A stretch of DNA of 64,000 nt from Thermoproteota archaeon (GCA_032249235.1 JAVVGF010000003.1:128001-192000); one strand, 5' to 3'. Counted from the stretch's first letter, positions 1-10,802 are shown. The notes: generated from the sequence alone by a model not told the origin. A program made the numbers and translations.

Positions 1-716
1 AATTTTTTGTCAAAAGTTTCTACATCTTTTTTCCTTATTCTGTTTTTCACTTCAGCTATAACTGCAATACTTTCTCCCTTGATCTTCGTTTCAGCATAAA
101 GATCAACCTCAACTAACTCACGATTAATATTGAAAAATTTTCTTTCCATCTCAGGAACTTTAATTTTAAGATGTCTCTCTATCCAGCCAGGTAAAACTAC
201 TCTAGCTATGTCTTCAAGACTGAATCCTACTGTTTCTTTAAGACCCTCAAATTCCTCGCTCAAACGCTTTAAACTCATTGCTAATTCATTTAATGTTTTC
301 TCTGTTCTTTCTTGAGCCTCTGCTAATCTTATAACAGCTTCCTCTAATCTTGAAAGTCTTTCTTCAGTCTTTATTTGAGCTTCTTCTAACTTAGCAAGTC
401 TTTCTTCAAATTTAAGCTGGGCCTCTTCTAACTTAGCTAATCTTTCTTCAGCTCTTATGAAAGCTTCTTCTAACTTAGCTAATCTTTCTTCAGTCTTTAT
501 TTGAGCTTCTTCTAACTTAGCAAGTCTTTCTTCAAATTTTTTCTGAATTTCAATCAACTCCTTTATGCTATTTTTCAAATCCTCAATAGCTTTAGTAAGT
601 TCTAAAACTTGCTTTGTAAGTTTATCAAATTCTTCCCTAGTTACTTTTATCTCCTTAACTCTTTCATCAACTATCTTTAGTATCAGTTCGTAAAGCTCTG
701 GTGTAAGTGATGCCAC
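1..716 (-). CDS. Coiled-coil repeat protein with C-terminal PD-(D/E)XK nuclease-like domain (DUF3782-like); runs off the window edge
   Basis: Not in the ORF track. Manual translation from GTG at 716: MASLTPELYELILKIVDERVKEIKVTREEF..., tandem EERLAKLEEAQIKT repeats, then ...EVDLYAE...IAEVKNRI (D...ExK motif). Confidence 0.8.
   Translation of the reverse strand, partial: MASLTPELYELILKIVDERVKEIKVTREEFDKLTKQVLELTKAIEDLKNSIKELIEIQKKFEERLAKLEEAQIKTEERLAKLEEAFIRAEERLAKLEEAQLKFEERLAKLEEAQIKTEERLSRLEEAVIRLAEAQERTEKTLNELAMSLKRLSEEFEGLKETVGFSLEDIARVVLPGWIERHLKIKVPEMERKFFNINRELVEVDLYAETKIKGESIAVIAEVKNRIRKKDVETFDKK
335..540 (-). repeat. 42-bp in-frame tandem repeats encoding 14-aa (double heptad) units
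   Basis: A block beginning tctttcttcagtctttatttgagcttcttctaacttagcaag recurs at about 357 and 483 (126 bp = 3x42 apart), with degenerate units between. Confidence 0.85.
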
Positions 717-983
717 TAAATAATAAATTCCAAATAACTATAAATTAATATGACGAGCATGTTCCTTAAAAATAAGCTTAGAACAAACTTGCGCTGTATA
801 ATTTCGTTAGTATTTACACAATGAATACTCAAGTAGAGGGATATTTTGATTCGAATAGCACCCGCTTTATCAATAACATGAGCGATCATTAAATGACATA
901 ATGAAATCGGCTAGTATTAAATTAAAGAATTTTTCATCTCGTTAAAAAAATTAGAATTATAACATAAGTGAATAAAATAACTC

Positions 984-3788
984 GTGGAGTATTTCAAAAT
1001 TGCTTATAGAAGTGTCAGAAGAAAAATTTTACTTTTCAGCTCACTTTTTATAATTTCTTGCTTAATCTCTATAATTTTCACAGCATCAAACATAGGTGGG
1101 TATGTAGCTGTATCGGAAGCAATTAGCGAAATAGCAGAAAGAGGAACGGATATTGACATGATAGTTAGGATTAACAAACTTTATGGAAATACTAGTTTTG
1201 ATATAATTGAGGGGACTCTATTTAAAAGTAGAGTAGCGCAAATTCAGGATGTAGTCTTAGTTGATTTCCTCTTCGGAATTTCTTCTCCATTTTATTTCAT
1301 TACCCCCACGTTGGTGCCAATGGAAAGCTATCCAAATACAAGTGTTCCTCCAAAGCTAATCCCACCAATTTATTTTGTCCCAGAAAATAGCAGTATTTAC
1401 AAGGAAATCGGCTTTAAGCCCAATGAAGGAGAAGCCCTTATGGTATGTTATAACCAATGCTATGATATTGGAATGGATAAATTAGATTTTGGAAACTATT
1501 CGTTTAAAATTGTAAAGATCAGCTTTGTTAAATCTTTAGATAAATACTATTTATTTAGCTTTGGTCAAATCCTCATGTTAAATTATAACACATTAGATTT
1601 AACAATATTAAATAAAATAAATATAAATGAAATGGACTTATACGTATATATTAATCATAGCAGAGTAATTAAACCAAATGATTTAAATAAAACCATAGAA
1701 ACATTAAATCAAATAGAAAATAAAATAATGAATTTATATAATATAATCTTTAGCTTTAATGACAAATATATAATCTCTATTATTGATATTTTAAAAAATA
1801 AAATTGAATCGATTAGAAACCAGTATAGTTCATTTTTATTTGGATTTATATTTTTATCGCTTCCTTTAATCTTTATAACAATATACTTAGCTTCATCTTT
1901 AGGAGATTTTGTATTTAGTTTTAAACTTAGAGATATAGCATTATATAAAATTAGGGGCTTTAATATAAGAAAAATTTTTATAATTAACTTGCTAGAGCTT
2001 ATTTTTATAATTGTTTTAGGCTCTTTGCTCGGATACTTTTTATCTCCGCTATTAGTAGCCTTTTCCTTTAATTACAAGTATTTAAAAAGCTTAGAGATCG
2101 CTGTGAATAATGTTTATGCGTTCTCCTTTGCAATTTTGATAGGATTTATAGTTGCACTTTTGGCATTCATTAAGCCTTTGAGAGAAAACTTGAAGAAGCC
2201 TATAATATATGCTTTACAACCCTTACAAAGTAGTGGCGATAAACCTTATAAAAAAATAAGAGTCTGGGCCTCTTTTGTATTGGGGACTTATAAAATAGCG
2301 ATTTGGATATTTAATGTTAAAACCTTAGATTGGCTATTTTATGCAATTCAAACACAGAATTTTGCGTTAGCAATATTTTTTTACGTGTTGAACATTATAG
2401 ATTTTCCTTTGAATTTGTTGGGCCCTTTTTTATTTATATATGGTGTTTCTAAGTTGATTTCTTATCATGCACCTAAGTTAATCGAGAAACTTGTTTCTTC
2501 ATTAAAGCTTTTCATTAAAGATTTCTCAATTTTAGCTGCGAAGAACATTTCTAGAAATAAAGCAAGAAATTCTTTAGTGATATTCACAATTTCTTTGATT
2601 GTATTTTATAGCCTTTTCAATATTACTATTTTATCAACTGTAGAAGATTATGCAATAAGACTGGCTTATTACAGTAGCGGTTCAGATATAACGCTAGTAT
2701 TAACAAATTCATCAAATATCGATGTAGCACTTAACAAAATTAAGAATTTTGAAGAGGTGAAAATGGCTTCTTTAGCATATCTGATTAGAACCAATATCAG
2801 CGATATACTTGCTGTGAACACAGAAGAATTTTTGAAAGTCTGTTATTATGAGAATGAATGGTTCAAGGGTGGCAGTCCAGAAGAGCTTATGAAAAAACTA
2901 GATGCGAATTCTATTATTCTCAACGAAGCTTACGCAAAGAATGGGTTTATTAAAATTGGGCAAAAAATTAATGTGCGCTTGGTAATCGGTAATGCTTATA
3001 ATCTCACATTTACAGTTATAGGCTTCATTGCGGGTTCAACGGATCATACTTCGTTATATCTTGATCTAGAGAAAAAAAATTTAGATTATGAATATTCGCT
3101 TATATCAACAAATAACCTTTCTAGTTTACAAGAACAAATTTCAATATACAATTCAGATTTGCCTTTTAGATTTGGTTTTATTTCTATAATTAACATAGAT
3201 TCTATTAAAAATCTAAATTTAACTTCTCAACCAATTATTTTAATAAAACTTAATTCAATTGAATTGACAAATGTTGTAATTAATAAAATACAAAATGAAA
3301 TTAAAAACGTATTGTCAATAATAACTTTTAAGGATAAATATAATTCAATTAGAGAACAATACTCATCAACGATATTTAGACAAGAGTATATCAATTTTCA
3401 AACTATTATCTCTATTATTTTAATAGCACTTGGGGTGTCATCAGTAGCATTGATAACTTTGTATGAGAAATCTCGAATAATATCTTTGCAATATATTAGA
3501 GGTATAAATAGAAAACAATTATTCATCGTGAACTTTTTTGCAATGTTTGGTACATTGATCATTTCGATCTTAATAGGCGCTTTAGCTGCGTATGCTACTG
3601 TTTTAGGCTATACAAACATTATACCTTTCATTGATTTAAGTTATGGCTTAATAAAAATGAGAATAATAATTTTACCATCCTTCTATATTTACGTAGCATC
3701 AATAATAATTGGAACTTTTTTAAGTTTAATAATTCCTTTGATTTTATTTATTAAAAGAATTCAAGCACAGGTTGAAGAGTTGATATGA
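984..3788 (+). CDS. FtsX/MacB-like ABC transporter permease (two permease modules)
   Basis: 934 aa; two TM clusters each following DIALYKIRG / IISLQYIRG motifs; overlaps the downstream ATPase gene. Confidence 0.85.
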   Translation: MEYFKIAYRSVRRKILLFSSLFIISCLISIIFTASNIGGYVAVSEAISEIAERGTDIDMIVRINKLYGNTSFDIIEGTLFKSRVAQIQDVVLVDFLFGISSPFYFITPTLVPMESYPNTSVPPKLIPPIYFVPENSSIYKEIGFKPNEGEALMVCYNQCYDIGMDKLDFGNYSFKIVKISFVKSLDKYYLFSFGQILMLNYNTLDLTILNKININEMDLYVYINHSRVIKPNDLNKTIETLNQIENKIMNLYNIIFSFNDKYIISIIDILKNKIESIRNQYSSFLFGFIFLSLPLIFITIYLASSLGDFVFSFKLRDIALYKIRGFNIRKIFIINLLELIFIIVLGSLLGYFLSPLLVAFSFNYKYLKSLEIAVNNVYAFSFAILIGFIVALLAFIKPLRENLKKPIIYALQPLQSSGDKPYKKIRVWASFVLGTYKIAIWIFNVKTLDWLFYAIQTQNFALAIFFYVLNIIDFPLNLLGPFLFIYGVSKLISYHAPKLIEKLVSSLKLFIKDFSILAAKNISRNKARNSLVIFTISLIVFYSLFNITILSTVEDYAIRLAYYSSGSDITLVLTNSSNIDVALNKIKNFEEVKMASLAYLIRTNISDILAVNTEEFLKVCYYENEWFKGGSPEELMKKLDANSIILNEAYAKNGFIKIGQKINVRLVIGNAYNLTFTVIGFIAGSTDHTSLYLDLEKKNLDYEYSLISTNNLSSLQEQISIYNSDLPFRFGFISIINIDSIKNLNLTSQPIILIKLNSIELTNVVINKIQNEIKNVLSIITFKDKYNSIREQYSSTIFRQEYINFQTIISIILIALGVSSVALITLYEKSRIISLQYIRGINRKQLFIVNFFAMFGTLIISILIGALAAYATVLGYTNIIPFIDLSYGLIKMRIIILPSFYIYVASIIIGTFLSLIIPLILFIKRIQAQVEELI

Positions 3789-4678
3789 AAGGTGTTAGCG
3801 TTAATGTAAAAAATTTGGTCAAAATATACAAAACAGGTAGCATAGAAGTGCAAGCTCTTAGAGGTGTTGATCTAGAAGTAGAAGCAGGAGAATTCATCTC
3901 GATTATTGGTCCTAGTGGAAGCGGCAAAACAACTCTTTTGAATATAATAGGTGGATTAGATTATCCTACTGGAGGTTATGTAAAGGTTGGAGAAATAATT
4001 GTTTCGAATTTAAGTGCCAGACAATTAGTAGAGTACAGGAAAAAATATGTAGGATTTGTATTTCAATTCTTTAATTTAATACCTGAACTTAATGTTGAAG
4101 AAAATATAGAATTGCCTATGATAGCATTGGGCATTAATAAAAAGAAAAGAATGGAAACTATCGAAAGTTTACTTGATATTCTCGGAATTAAGAATAAAAG
4201 ATATAATTTTCCTCATGAGTTGAGCGGAGGCGAACAACAACGGGTGGCGATTGCAATAGCTCTTGCAAACGATCCTCCATTATTATTAGCTGATGAACCA
4301 ACTGGTGAGCTAGATAGCTACAATGCAAAGATTTTGATAAATTATTTCGCTAGAATAAATTCAGAGCTCGGGAAAACGGTGATTGTAGTAACGCATGATC
4401 CAAACGTAGCTTCTGCTACTAATAGAATATACAAGTTAGAAGATGGTATGATAAAAGGTAGCTTTTTACCTTCTTCACTTGCGTCAGATGCTAACGTTAA
4501 ATATTCAGATATTCTCAAACGAAGAATCACTGAAATAGAAGAAGCTATAAAGAAACTAGATATTGAATTTAAAGAAGGAAAGATCAGCCCAGATAAGTTT
4601 GCTGAAGAAAGAATAAGACTTCAACAAAAGAAGCAAACACTGAAAGAAGAACTGGCACACTTGGGGCTTACTTCGTAA
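3785..4678 (+). CDS. ABC transporter ATP-binding protein, LolD/MacB type, with C-terminal helical extension
   Basis: Walker A GPSGSGKT, signature LSGGEQQR, Walker [10 protein letters not shown]-loop VTHD. Confidence 0.95.
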   Translation: MKGVSVNVKNLVKIYKTGSIEVQALRGVDLEVEAGEFISIIGPSGSGKTTLLNIIGGLDYPTGGYVKVGEIIVSNLSARQLVEYRKKYVGFVFQFFNLIPELNVEENIELPMIALGINKKKRMETIESLLDILGIKNKRYNFPHELSGGEQQRVAIAIALANDPPLLLADEPTGELDSYNAKILINYFARINSELGKTVIVVTHDPNVASATNRIYKLEDGMIKGSFLPSSLASDANVKYSDILKRRITEIEEAIKKLDIEFKEGKISPDKFAEERIRLQQKKQTLKEELAHLGLTS

Positions 4679-4863
4679 ATAAAGATTAAAATTTTAGCCA
4701 TTAACTTGAAATTATTATTTATCTACATGATCAATAAAATTTTGTAAAATTAACCTTACAACTGGTAAAGATCACATAGGAATTATTCTGTACTCAGCAC
4801 TATTCGATTTGGATTCAAATCAATACTTTGCACAATTAAATTTTCAGTTATCTTAATAATCTT

Positions 4864-5250
4864 GTGGTTGGTAGAGCTAAAGATTGGTTAAAGCAAGCTG
4901 AAAGGAATTTGAAATCAGCAGAAGTGAATTTAATTAACGAAATATATGAAGAAGCATGTTTTGAAGCTCATCAAGCTGCTGAAAAGGCGATAAAAGCACT
5001 TTTGAATGTTTTTCATAAAGAAGTAAGAGGTCATTCGATAATCTATTTGGCAAGAACTTTGAATATTGAAATTCCAGCTGAGATTTATTCTTGCATGCAA
5101 TGGCTTGATAAGCACTACATACCCAGCAGATATCCAGATGTTTATGACCAAGGAATTCCTGCAGATTACTATAATAAAGATGATGCAGGTAAATGCTTAG
5201 ATTGTGCCAAGAAAATAGTTAACTGGGTTAAAAATGTTGGAAATTTGTAA
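4864..5250 (+). CDS. HEPN domain protein (HEPN-MNT pair)
   Basis: ACFEAHQAAEKAIKA, RGHS and YIPSRYPD motifs; overlaps the MNT gene. Confidence 0.9.
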   Translation: MVGRAKDWLKQAERNLKSAEVNLINEIYEEACFEAHQAAEKAIKALLNVFHKEVRGHSIIYLARTLNIEIPAEIYSCMQWLDKHYIPSRYPDVYDQGIPADYYNKDDAGKCLDCAKKIVNWVKNVGNL

Positions 5251-5602
5251 ATTATATAAGGACTTGAAGCCTAAATTGGTAATCCTTTTTGGATCCTATG
5301 CTAGAGGAGATTATACAAATGAAAGCGATATAGACGTGCTTGTTGTATCTGATAATCTGCCTTTAGATCCTAGAGAATCTTTTGCAATAACTTACAATCC
5401 TGAATATCCAAAGATTATGCCAGTAGCTATGCATACTTCTGTTTTTATAAAAAAATTAGAAAGCGGTGATACTTTCATCCTAGAAATTTTAGAAGACGGT
5501 AAAATTATTTGTGGAGATGAAGAATTCATAAAAGAAACTCTTATAAAATATAAAGAGGTTAGAAAGAAATTCAAGAGAGAAGGAAAAGTTTGGTCATGGT
5601 AA
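5234..5602 (+). CDS. Minimal nucleotidyltransferase (MNT)
   Basis: LFGSYARGD...SDIDVLVV motif. Confidence 0.9.
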   Translation: MLEICKLYKDLKPKLVILFGSYARGDYTNESDIDVLVVSDNLPLDPRESFAITYNPEYPKIMPVAMHTSVFIKKLESGDTFILEILEDGKIICGDEEFIKETLIKYKEVRKKFKREGKVWSW

Positions 5603-5763
5603 CTTAGAGCTAATTCTATGAGAACGAAATGAAAGTCTTACATCAAGTTCGTTCAGAAATTTGAGTTTTACTCAGTTTTCTGGTTTATAACATATAACAC
5701 TTCTGGCTTTCTTAATTTCCGTAGATTAAACAACAATATATAGCATAGCTTATTTTAAGAATT

Positions 5764-6669
5764 GTGGAAATTAGAAAAATAATAACGCTTGAGCCTTCAT
5801 CTACTGAAGTAGTTTCATTCCTGGATGGAGATACATCTAGAATAGTGGGTGTTAGTGATAAGTGTGATTATCCTCCAGAAGTTATCTCTAAACCAAAGAT
5901 TGTTAAAAGTCTTATCAATGTTAGTGAGGAGATGTCTTCTTTAGAAATAGATAAGGAAGTGAAGAAACATCTTGCTAGCGGAAAGCCTATTTATGAAATC
6001 GATTGGAATGCTATTAAAGAGATTAAGCCAGATTTATTAGTCGGACAGTCAATTTGTGGTGTCTGCGCCTTTCCAATCAACTCTTTATTATCTCATCCAC
6101 ATAATAGAATACCGCTTGAGGAATTTTTGATATATGATTATAGTCCAAGAAATTTTTACGAAATCTTTCTACAAATTTATGAATTAAGCAAAATAATAGG
6201 AAGAAAAAATAAAGCTGAGGAGCTTCTAGAATATCTTTATTTCTTTGAGAAGGAACTTAAGTATTTAGGTAAATCTAGAAGAATAGTAATGCTTGAATGG
6301 ATAATGCCCATCTATGTAGCAGGACTTTGGATATCTCAAATTATAGAAATGTGTAATGCCAAAACGTTAATAGCTTCAGGTGAAGAAGGAAGACATGTAG
6401 ATTGGGATGTGATAAGAAACTTCGATCCAGATATTATTCTTATATCACCTTGCGGATTTGGAGTTAAAAGAACGCTAAAAGAGATTGATTTGCTTTATTC
6501 TCTTCCAGGTTGGAAGGATACAAGAGCATTCATAAAGAAAAACATTTACGTAGTTGATTCCGTATACACTTCAAGAGCTACCCCTAGAATAGTTGAATTC
6601 GTAAAAAACTTCATGGAAATACTTAACGAAAATGAACCTAGAAGAGAAGTTATGATAAGATTGGAATAA
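5764..6669 (+). CDS. BtuF/TroA-like cobalamin or Fe-siderophore binding protein
   Basis: ITLEPSSTE, IVGVSDKCDYP, PDIILISPCGF and PRIVE motifs; no signal peptide visible. Confidence 0.75.
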   Translation: MEIRKIITLEPSSTEVVSFLDGDTSRIVGVSDKCDYPPEVISKPKIVKSLINVSEEMSSLEIDKEVKKHLASGKPIYEIDWNAIKEIKPDLLVGQSICGVCAFPINSLLSHPHNRIPLEEFLIYDYSPRNFYEIFLQIYELSKIIGRKNKAEELLEYLYFFEKELKYLGKSRRIVMLEWIMPIYVAGLWISQIIEMCNAKTLIASGEEGRHVDWDVIRNFDPDIILISPCGFGVKRTLKEIDLLYSLPGWKDTRAFIKKNIYVVDSVYTSRATPRIVEFVKNFMEILNENEPRREVMIRLE

Positions 6670-6741
6670 TTGTTTTTTTGTAGTTTTATGCTAGTATTAT
6701 CCTTAATTTTTTGCAAAATAACTATTAATTACTTGATTATT

Positions 6742-8013
6742 TTAATAGATTAAACTTATTATTTTAGTGTAATAATTTTCAATAAACGAATTATAATATC
6801 GTCTTAATTTAATTATCATATAATCATTAATAGATATATAAATGTCTTTAAAATAACTAATTAAACTTATTTGTGACTTAATATTTGGTTTTAACTTTAC
6901 TATTTTGTCATCGTCTTGTTTAGGTGTACCTCTTCCATCCATGTTGCTCGTGGCTAAATAAATATAACCTTCTTTATCTACTGCAATATCTCTTATTCTG
7001 CCTAAAGTTTTACTTAAAATAGTGTAGTAGTTAACCACTTTCTTAGGATTGTTTTTATCAAAATCTACAACTAGGACCTGTTCGCCTCTTAGACATGCTA
7101 CAAGCAGCTTTCCTTTAAGTTCAGGATAAACATCTCCTTTGTAGAAAACTATTCCTGAAGGAGCCCATGTATCGCTTCCACTTTCTAATATAGGATTTAT
7201 GTAATTATTATCATTTCCAACACCTACGATAAGAGGCCAACCATAATTCCCACCTGCAATTATCACATTTATCTCATCATGTGCAAATCCTTTTTCTCCA
7301 CTAGGCCCATGCTCGCTTTCATACATAATGATACCATTCCAATCTATTCCTTGAGGATTCCTATGACCATAGCTATAAATGATAGAAGCGAATGGATTAT
7401 CTTGCGGTATTGAACCATTTGGATTTATCCTCAAAATTTTACCTGCTAAGCTATTCAAATCCTGTGCTAAATTTGGCTGAGCTGCATCACCTGTGGTAAT
7501 GTATAGTTTTTTGTCAGGACCGAACTTAATTCTTCCTCCATCATGAATGCTAGCCCCAGGTATTTTATCTACAAGTATCTTTTCTTCGATTAGAGAATCG
7601 TTAACTAATTTGAACATAGAAACTCTATTCCAAAGCCTATCATTTTCTTGATAGGTGTAATAAAGATAAACATATGGCAAGTTAGGAAAATCTGGATGCA
7701 AAGCCAAGCCTAGAAGACCTCCTTCACCAATTTCTTTAACATTGATATTAACTTTGAGTTCAATCAATTTTCCTTCATAAAAAACTTTAACTTTGCCCGG
7801 TCTTTCAGTGAAAAAGAGCTTTCCGTTCTTATCGAAGGCTAATGACCAAGGCGTATCTAAATTGGAAACAACTATTTCATAGCTATATTCATTGTTCTTT
7901 CGAGGAATTTCTCGAAATATGATAGGGTATACAATAATTGCGACGATAAGAAAGACAATAATAAATGTTAAAAGCATAAGCAATAGCTTAAATCTACTCA
8001 CTACAAGATTCAT
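6742..8013 (-). CDS. PQQ-dependent aldose sugar (glucose/sorbosone) dehydrogenase, N-terminally membrane anchored
   Basis: GEGGLLGLALHPDF, HDGGRIKFGPD, YGHRNPQG, GRIRD; hydrophobic N-terminus. Confidence 0.9.
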   Translation of the reverse strand: MNLVVSRFKLLLMLLTFIIVFLIVAIIVYPIIFREIPRKNNEYSYEIVVSNLDTPWSLAFDKNGKLFFTERPGKVKVFYEGKLIELKVNINVKEIGEGGLLGLALHPDFPNLPYVYLYYTYQENDRLWNRVSMFKLVNDSLIEEKILVDKIPGASIHDGGRIKFGPDKKLYITTGDAAQPNLAQDLNSLAGKILRINPNGSIPQDNPFASIIYSYGHRNPQGIDWNGIIMYESEHGPSGEKGFAHDEINVIIAGGNYGWPLIVGVGNDNNYINPILESGSDTWAPSGIVFYKGDVYPELKGKLLVACLRGEQVLVVDFDKNNPKKVVNYYTILSKTLGRIRDIAVDKEGYIYLATSNMDGRGTPKQDDDKIVKLKPNIKSQISLISYFKDIYISINDYMIIKLRRYYNSFIENYYTKIISLIY

Positions 8014-8150
8014 CCTTAAACAAGTTGATATATTTTTGGATCATTCTATGTTTTAACAAGTATGAAAATCGAAACCCTTAATCATCTTACTTGACCGAAA
8101 TTATTGTGAATAAATTCTTATAAAAGATGTGTTCTTACTAAAATTGAAGC

Positions 8151-9179
8151 GTGAAGTTCCAGCGCAAGTATTTCATCAGAATAAATGAAGATGTTGATTT
8201 ACCTTTAATAGGATGCATAGCATTTGGTGTAATTGATCGAGGAACAAACGTAGTTGAATTGAGATCGAATAGCTATTGTCCTTTAAATTGTATTTTTTGC
8301 TCAACCGATGCAGGACCATTTTCTTGTAGCAGACAAAGTGAATATAGAGTTAATAGAGAATTACTAGTTTCTTATGCGAAGGAGATGGTTAAGCTAAAAG
8401 GGAAAGATGTAGAATTCCATTTGGATAGTGTTGGTGAACCTCTAGCATATGATGAACTTCCTGAATTAATACATGACTTGAAGTCTATAGAAGGAGTTAA
8501 AGTAGTAAGCCTTCAAACACATGGAGCTTTGCTTTCTTATAAGCTTGCAGAACGATTAGCTGCAGCGGGATTGGATAGGATAAATCTTAGCATTGATACA
8601 ACTGATCCTGAAAAAGCGAAATTCTTGCAGGGAATGCCTTGGTATGATGTGAGAAAAGTTATGGAAGTTACTGAATGGATTGTAAAAAATACAAATATAG
8701 ATGTTTTACTTGCACCTGTCTTATTACCTGGCTTAAATGATAAGGATATTGAAGATGTTATTGAATGGGGTAAAAAGATTGGTGTAGGAAAAAGATTTCC
8801 AGGATTCGGGATTCAATTATTCTTAAGACATAAGCATGGCAGAAATCCTGAAAATTTAAGGAAAATGAGCTTCGAGGAATTCAAATCATTATTGAGATAT
8901 TGGGAAAAGAAACATGATGTGAAGCTAATATATAGCGAAGAAGATTTCGGAATGCATAAAGCGCCTAGCTTGCCTATTTTGTTCAAGATAGGTGAGAAAG
9001 TAAGAGTAAAAATTATGGCTCCAGGATGGCTTAAGAATGAATGGCTCGCTGTACCTTTAGGTAGATTTGAAGGAAGCAGGGTAATAACTGTTATAGCTGA
9101 AAAGCTTGATATAGATGTGAAAATACCTGTGAGAATAATAGAAAATAAGCATAATATATATTTAGCAAGACCTATATAG
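8151..9179 (+). CDS. Archaeal radical SAM protein with C-terminal TRAM-like domain
   Basis: CPLNCIFC (CxxxCxxC), GVIDRGTN and GEP motifs; beta-rich C-terminus. Confidence 0.85.
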   Translation: MKFQRKYFIRINEDVDLPLIGCIAFGVIDRGTNVVELRSNSYCPLNCIFCSTDAGPFSCSRQSEYRVNRELLVSYAKEMVKLKGKDVEFHLDSVGEPLAYDELPELIHDLKSIEGVKVVSLQTHGALLSYKLAERLAAAGLDRINLSIDTTDPEKAKFLQGMPWYDVRKVMEVTEWIVKNTNIDVLLAPVLLPGLNDKDIEDVIEWGKKIGVGKRFPGFGIQLFLRHKHGRNPENLRKMSFEEFKSLLRYWEKKHDVKLIYSEEDFGMHKAPSLPILFKIGEKVRVKIMAPGWLKNEWLAVPLGRFEGSRVITVIAEKLDIDVKIPVRIIENKHNIYLARPI

Positions 9180-9270
9180 ATTGCCTAATTTTAGACGTAA
9201 TTAAACTTTATATTTAAGTTGGTGAAGTATTCATTAAGGTGCTATTAATAATTACTTTGAGCTGTTAAAC

Positions 9271-10791
9271 ATGAATATTCCTAATACTTCTTTTAGTAGT
9301 TTAAAGAATTTCATAAATGAGTTATCTATAATTATGCCCCATATTGAAAATGGTAAGGTTGTGAATCCAACACCTCTGATCGATCTTACTGAATTGATCG
9401 CTGAGTGTGCAAGGAGAGAATATAAAATCAATGTCGATGCTAAAAAGATTAAAGTCTATGGAAAGCTTGAAAGCAAACTACCTGCAGGCTCTGTTAAGAC
9501 TAGGCCTGCATATTATATTTTAAAAAACGCAATAGAGAATGGTCTTTTGAAAGAGGATACAATAGTATTCGAAGCTACATCAGGAAACTTTGGCATTTCT
9601 TTATCATTATTAACTAAATTGGGAATAAAGGTTGTAGCGCTTGTATCTAGAAAACTTCAAGAAGGAGTTCTTGAAGAATTGAGCAGAAGTGGTGTTAAGA
9701 TAATAGACTTAGATATTGATATATGCCCAGCACCCGGCCTAAAAGTGAGTTTGGATACCTTAAGTGCTAAGCTTGCATTCGATAAGATCAAGGAATCATT
9801 AGAGGAAATTGGTTTAGACACAAGAAAATTAGAGCATTTCGAAAATGAAATAGAGAGTTTGCTTATTAAACAAGATGTTATAAATCTAGCCAAACTTCTT
9901 GCTAAGATTTACAATGGCTTTTGTCCAGAACAATATGATAACGAATGCAATCCTAAAGTACATGAAGAAATAACAGCAAGAGAAATAGAGCAACAATTAA
10001 ATGAGTTAGGAGAAAATATTAATGAATTCACAATTGTATGCACTTTCGGTACAGGCGGAACTGCTACAGGATTGAGCAATTATTTTCTAAAGACTTTAAA
10101 TTCAAAGAAAGTTCGTGTAATATATCCCTTATCAAATCAAGATGTAGCAGGCATAAGAACAAAAGAAAAAGCGTTTGGTCTTCGTTTTTATAAGCCCGAA
10201 CTTTATCTTGGAGAGCATGAAGTAGATTTTGAAGAAGCCAAAAAGTTATTGATATTCTTTAATGAAAGAGGCATTAATATTGGTGAAAGCAGCGCATTAG
10301 CGCTTTATGCAACAATCCAAATGATCAACTTTGGTTTAGGAAACAAATTCTTAGTTATATTGCCTGACGATTTTGAGAAATATTCGAAGAAATATGAAAT
10401 CAGACCAATCAGGCTTAGCGTAAACTATGAAGAGATAAAAGAAAGAATAAATGAATACGAAGCAATAATATGGACGCATGGAGCATTCGTTCCAAATGAA
10501 GAAGCAATTGAATTAATTAGCAAACAATTCAACGTCGATAAAAGCAAGATAGAAATAGCAAATAGAGAAGAAATGATACAGCTAACATTGAAATCTCAAA
10601 TTCCTGATAGGATTAAAGCTAAGAAGAAAATTCTTTTGATGTGTGTAGGCGGTGGTACTTCATTAAAGATTGCAGAGTTTCTTTCTAAAAACGGAATTGT
10701 GGCTCAAAGCTTGGAAGGAGGAATAATTCCTTTAGCAAGCAAGCTAGGTAAAAAAGTAGAAGAATTATTAAGACCATTCCCAAAAAATTAG
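9271..10791 (+). CDS. PLP-dependent cysteine synthase-family enzyme fused to a C-terminal rhodanese-like domain
   Basis: GSVKTR (PLP Lys), EATSGNFG, GTGGT; C-terminal LLMCVGGGTS...SLEGGI resembles a rhodanese active-site loop. Confidence 0.75.
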   Translation: MNIPNTSFSSLKNFINELSIIMPHIENGKVVNPTPLIDLTELIAECARREYKINVDAKKIKVYGKLESKLPAGSVKTRPAYYILKNAIENGLLKEDTIVFEATSGNFGISLSLLTKLGIKVVALVSRKLQEGVLEELSRSGVKIIDLDIDICPAPGLKVSLDTLSAKLAFDKIKESLEEIGLDTRKLEHFENEIESLLIKQDVINLAKLLAKIYNGFCPEQYDNECNPKVHEEITAREIEQQLNELGENINEFTIVCTFGTGGTATGLSNYFLKTLNSKKVRVIYPLSNQDVAGIRTKEKAFGLRFYKPELYLGEHEVDFEEAKKLLIFFNERGINIGESSALALYATIQMINFGLGNKFLVILPDDFEKYSKKYEIRPIRLSVNYEEIKERINEYEAIIWTHGAFVPNEEAIELISKQFNVDKSKIEIANREEMIQLTLKSQIPDRIKAKKKILLMCVGGGTSLKIAEFLSKNGIVAQSLEGGIIPLASKLGKKVEELLRPFPKN

Positions 10792-10802
10792 GGTATACCT
10801 AA
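10788..10802. promoter_or_regulatory. Palindrome TTAGG-N5-CCTAA immediately upstream of the TATA box of the metal-transporter gene
   Basis: ttagggtatacctaa followed by tttaaata at 10805-10812; GTG start at 10834. Confidence 0.4.

Noticed and set aside
4801-4825. Imperfect palindrome GATTTG-N4-CAAATC upstream of HEPN-MNT
   Set aside because: Short and AT-rich, easily a chance match; nothing supports an operator role.
6742-6880. Extra C-terminal tail on the PQQ dehydrogenase as a new domain
   Set aside because: Extremely AT-rich and low complexity; more likely read-through into intergenic DNA.
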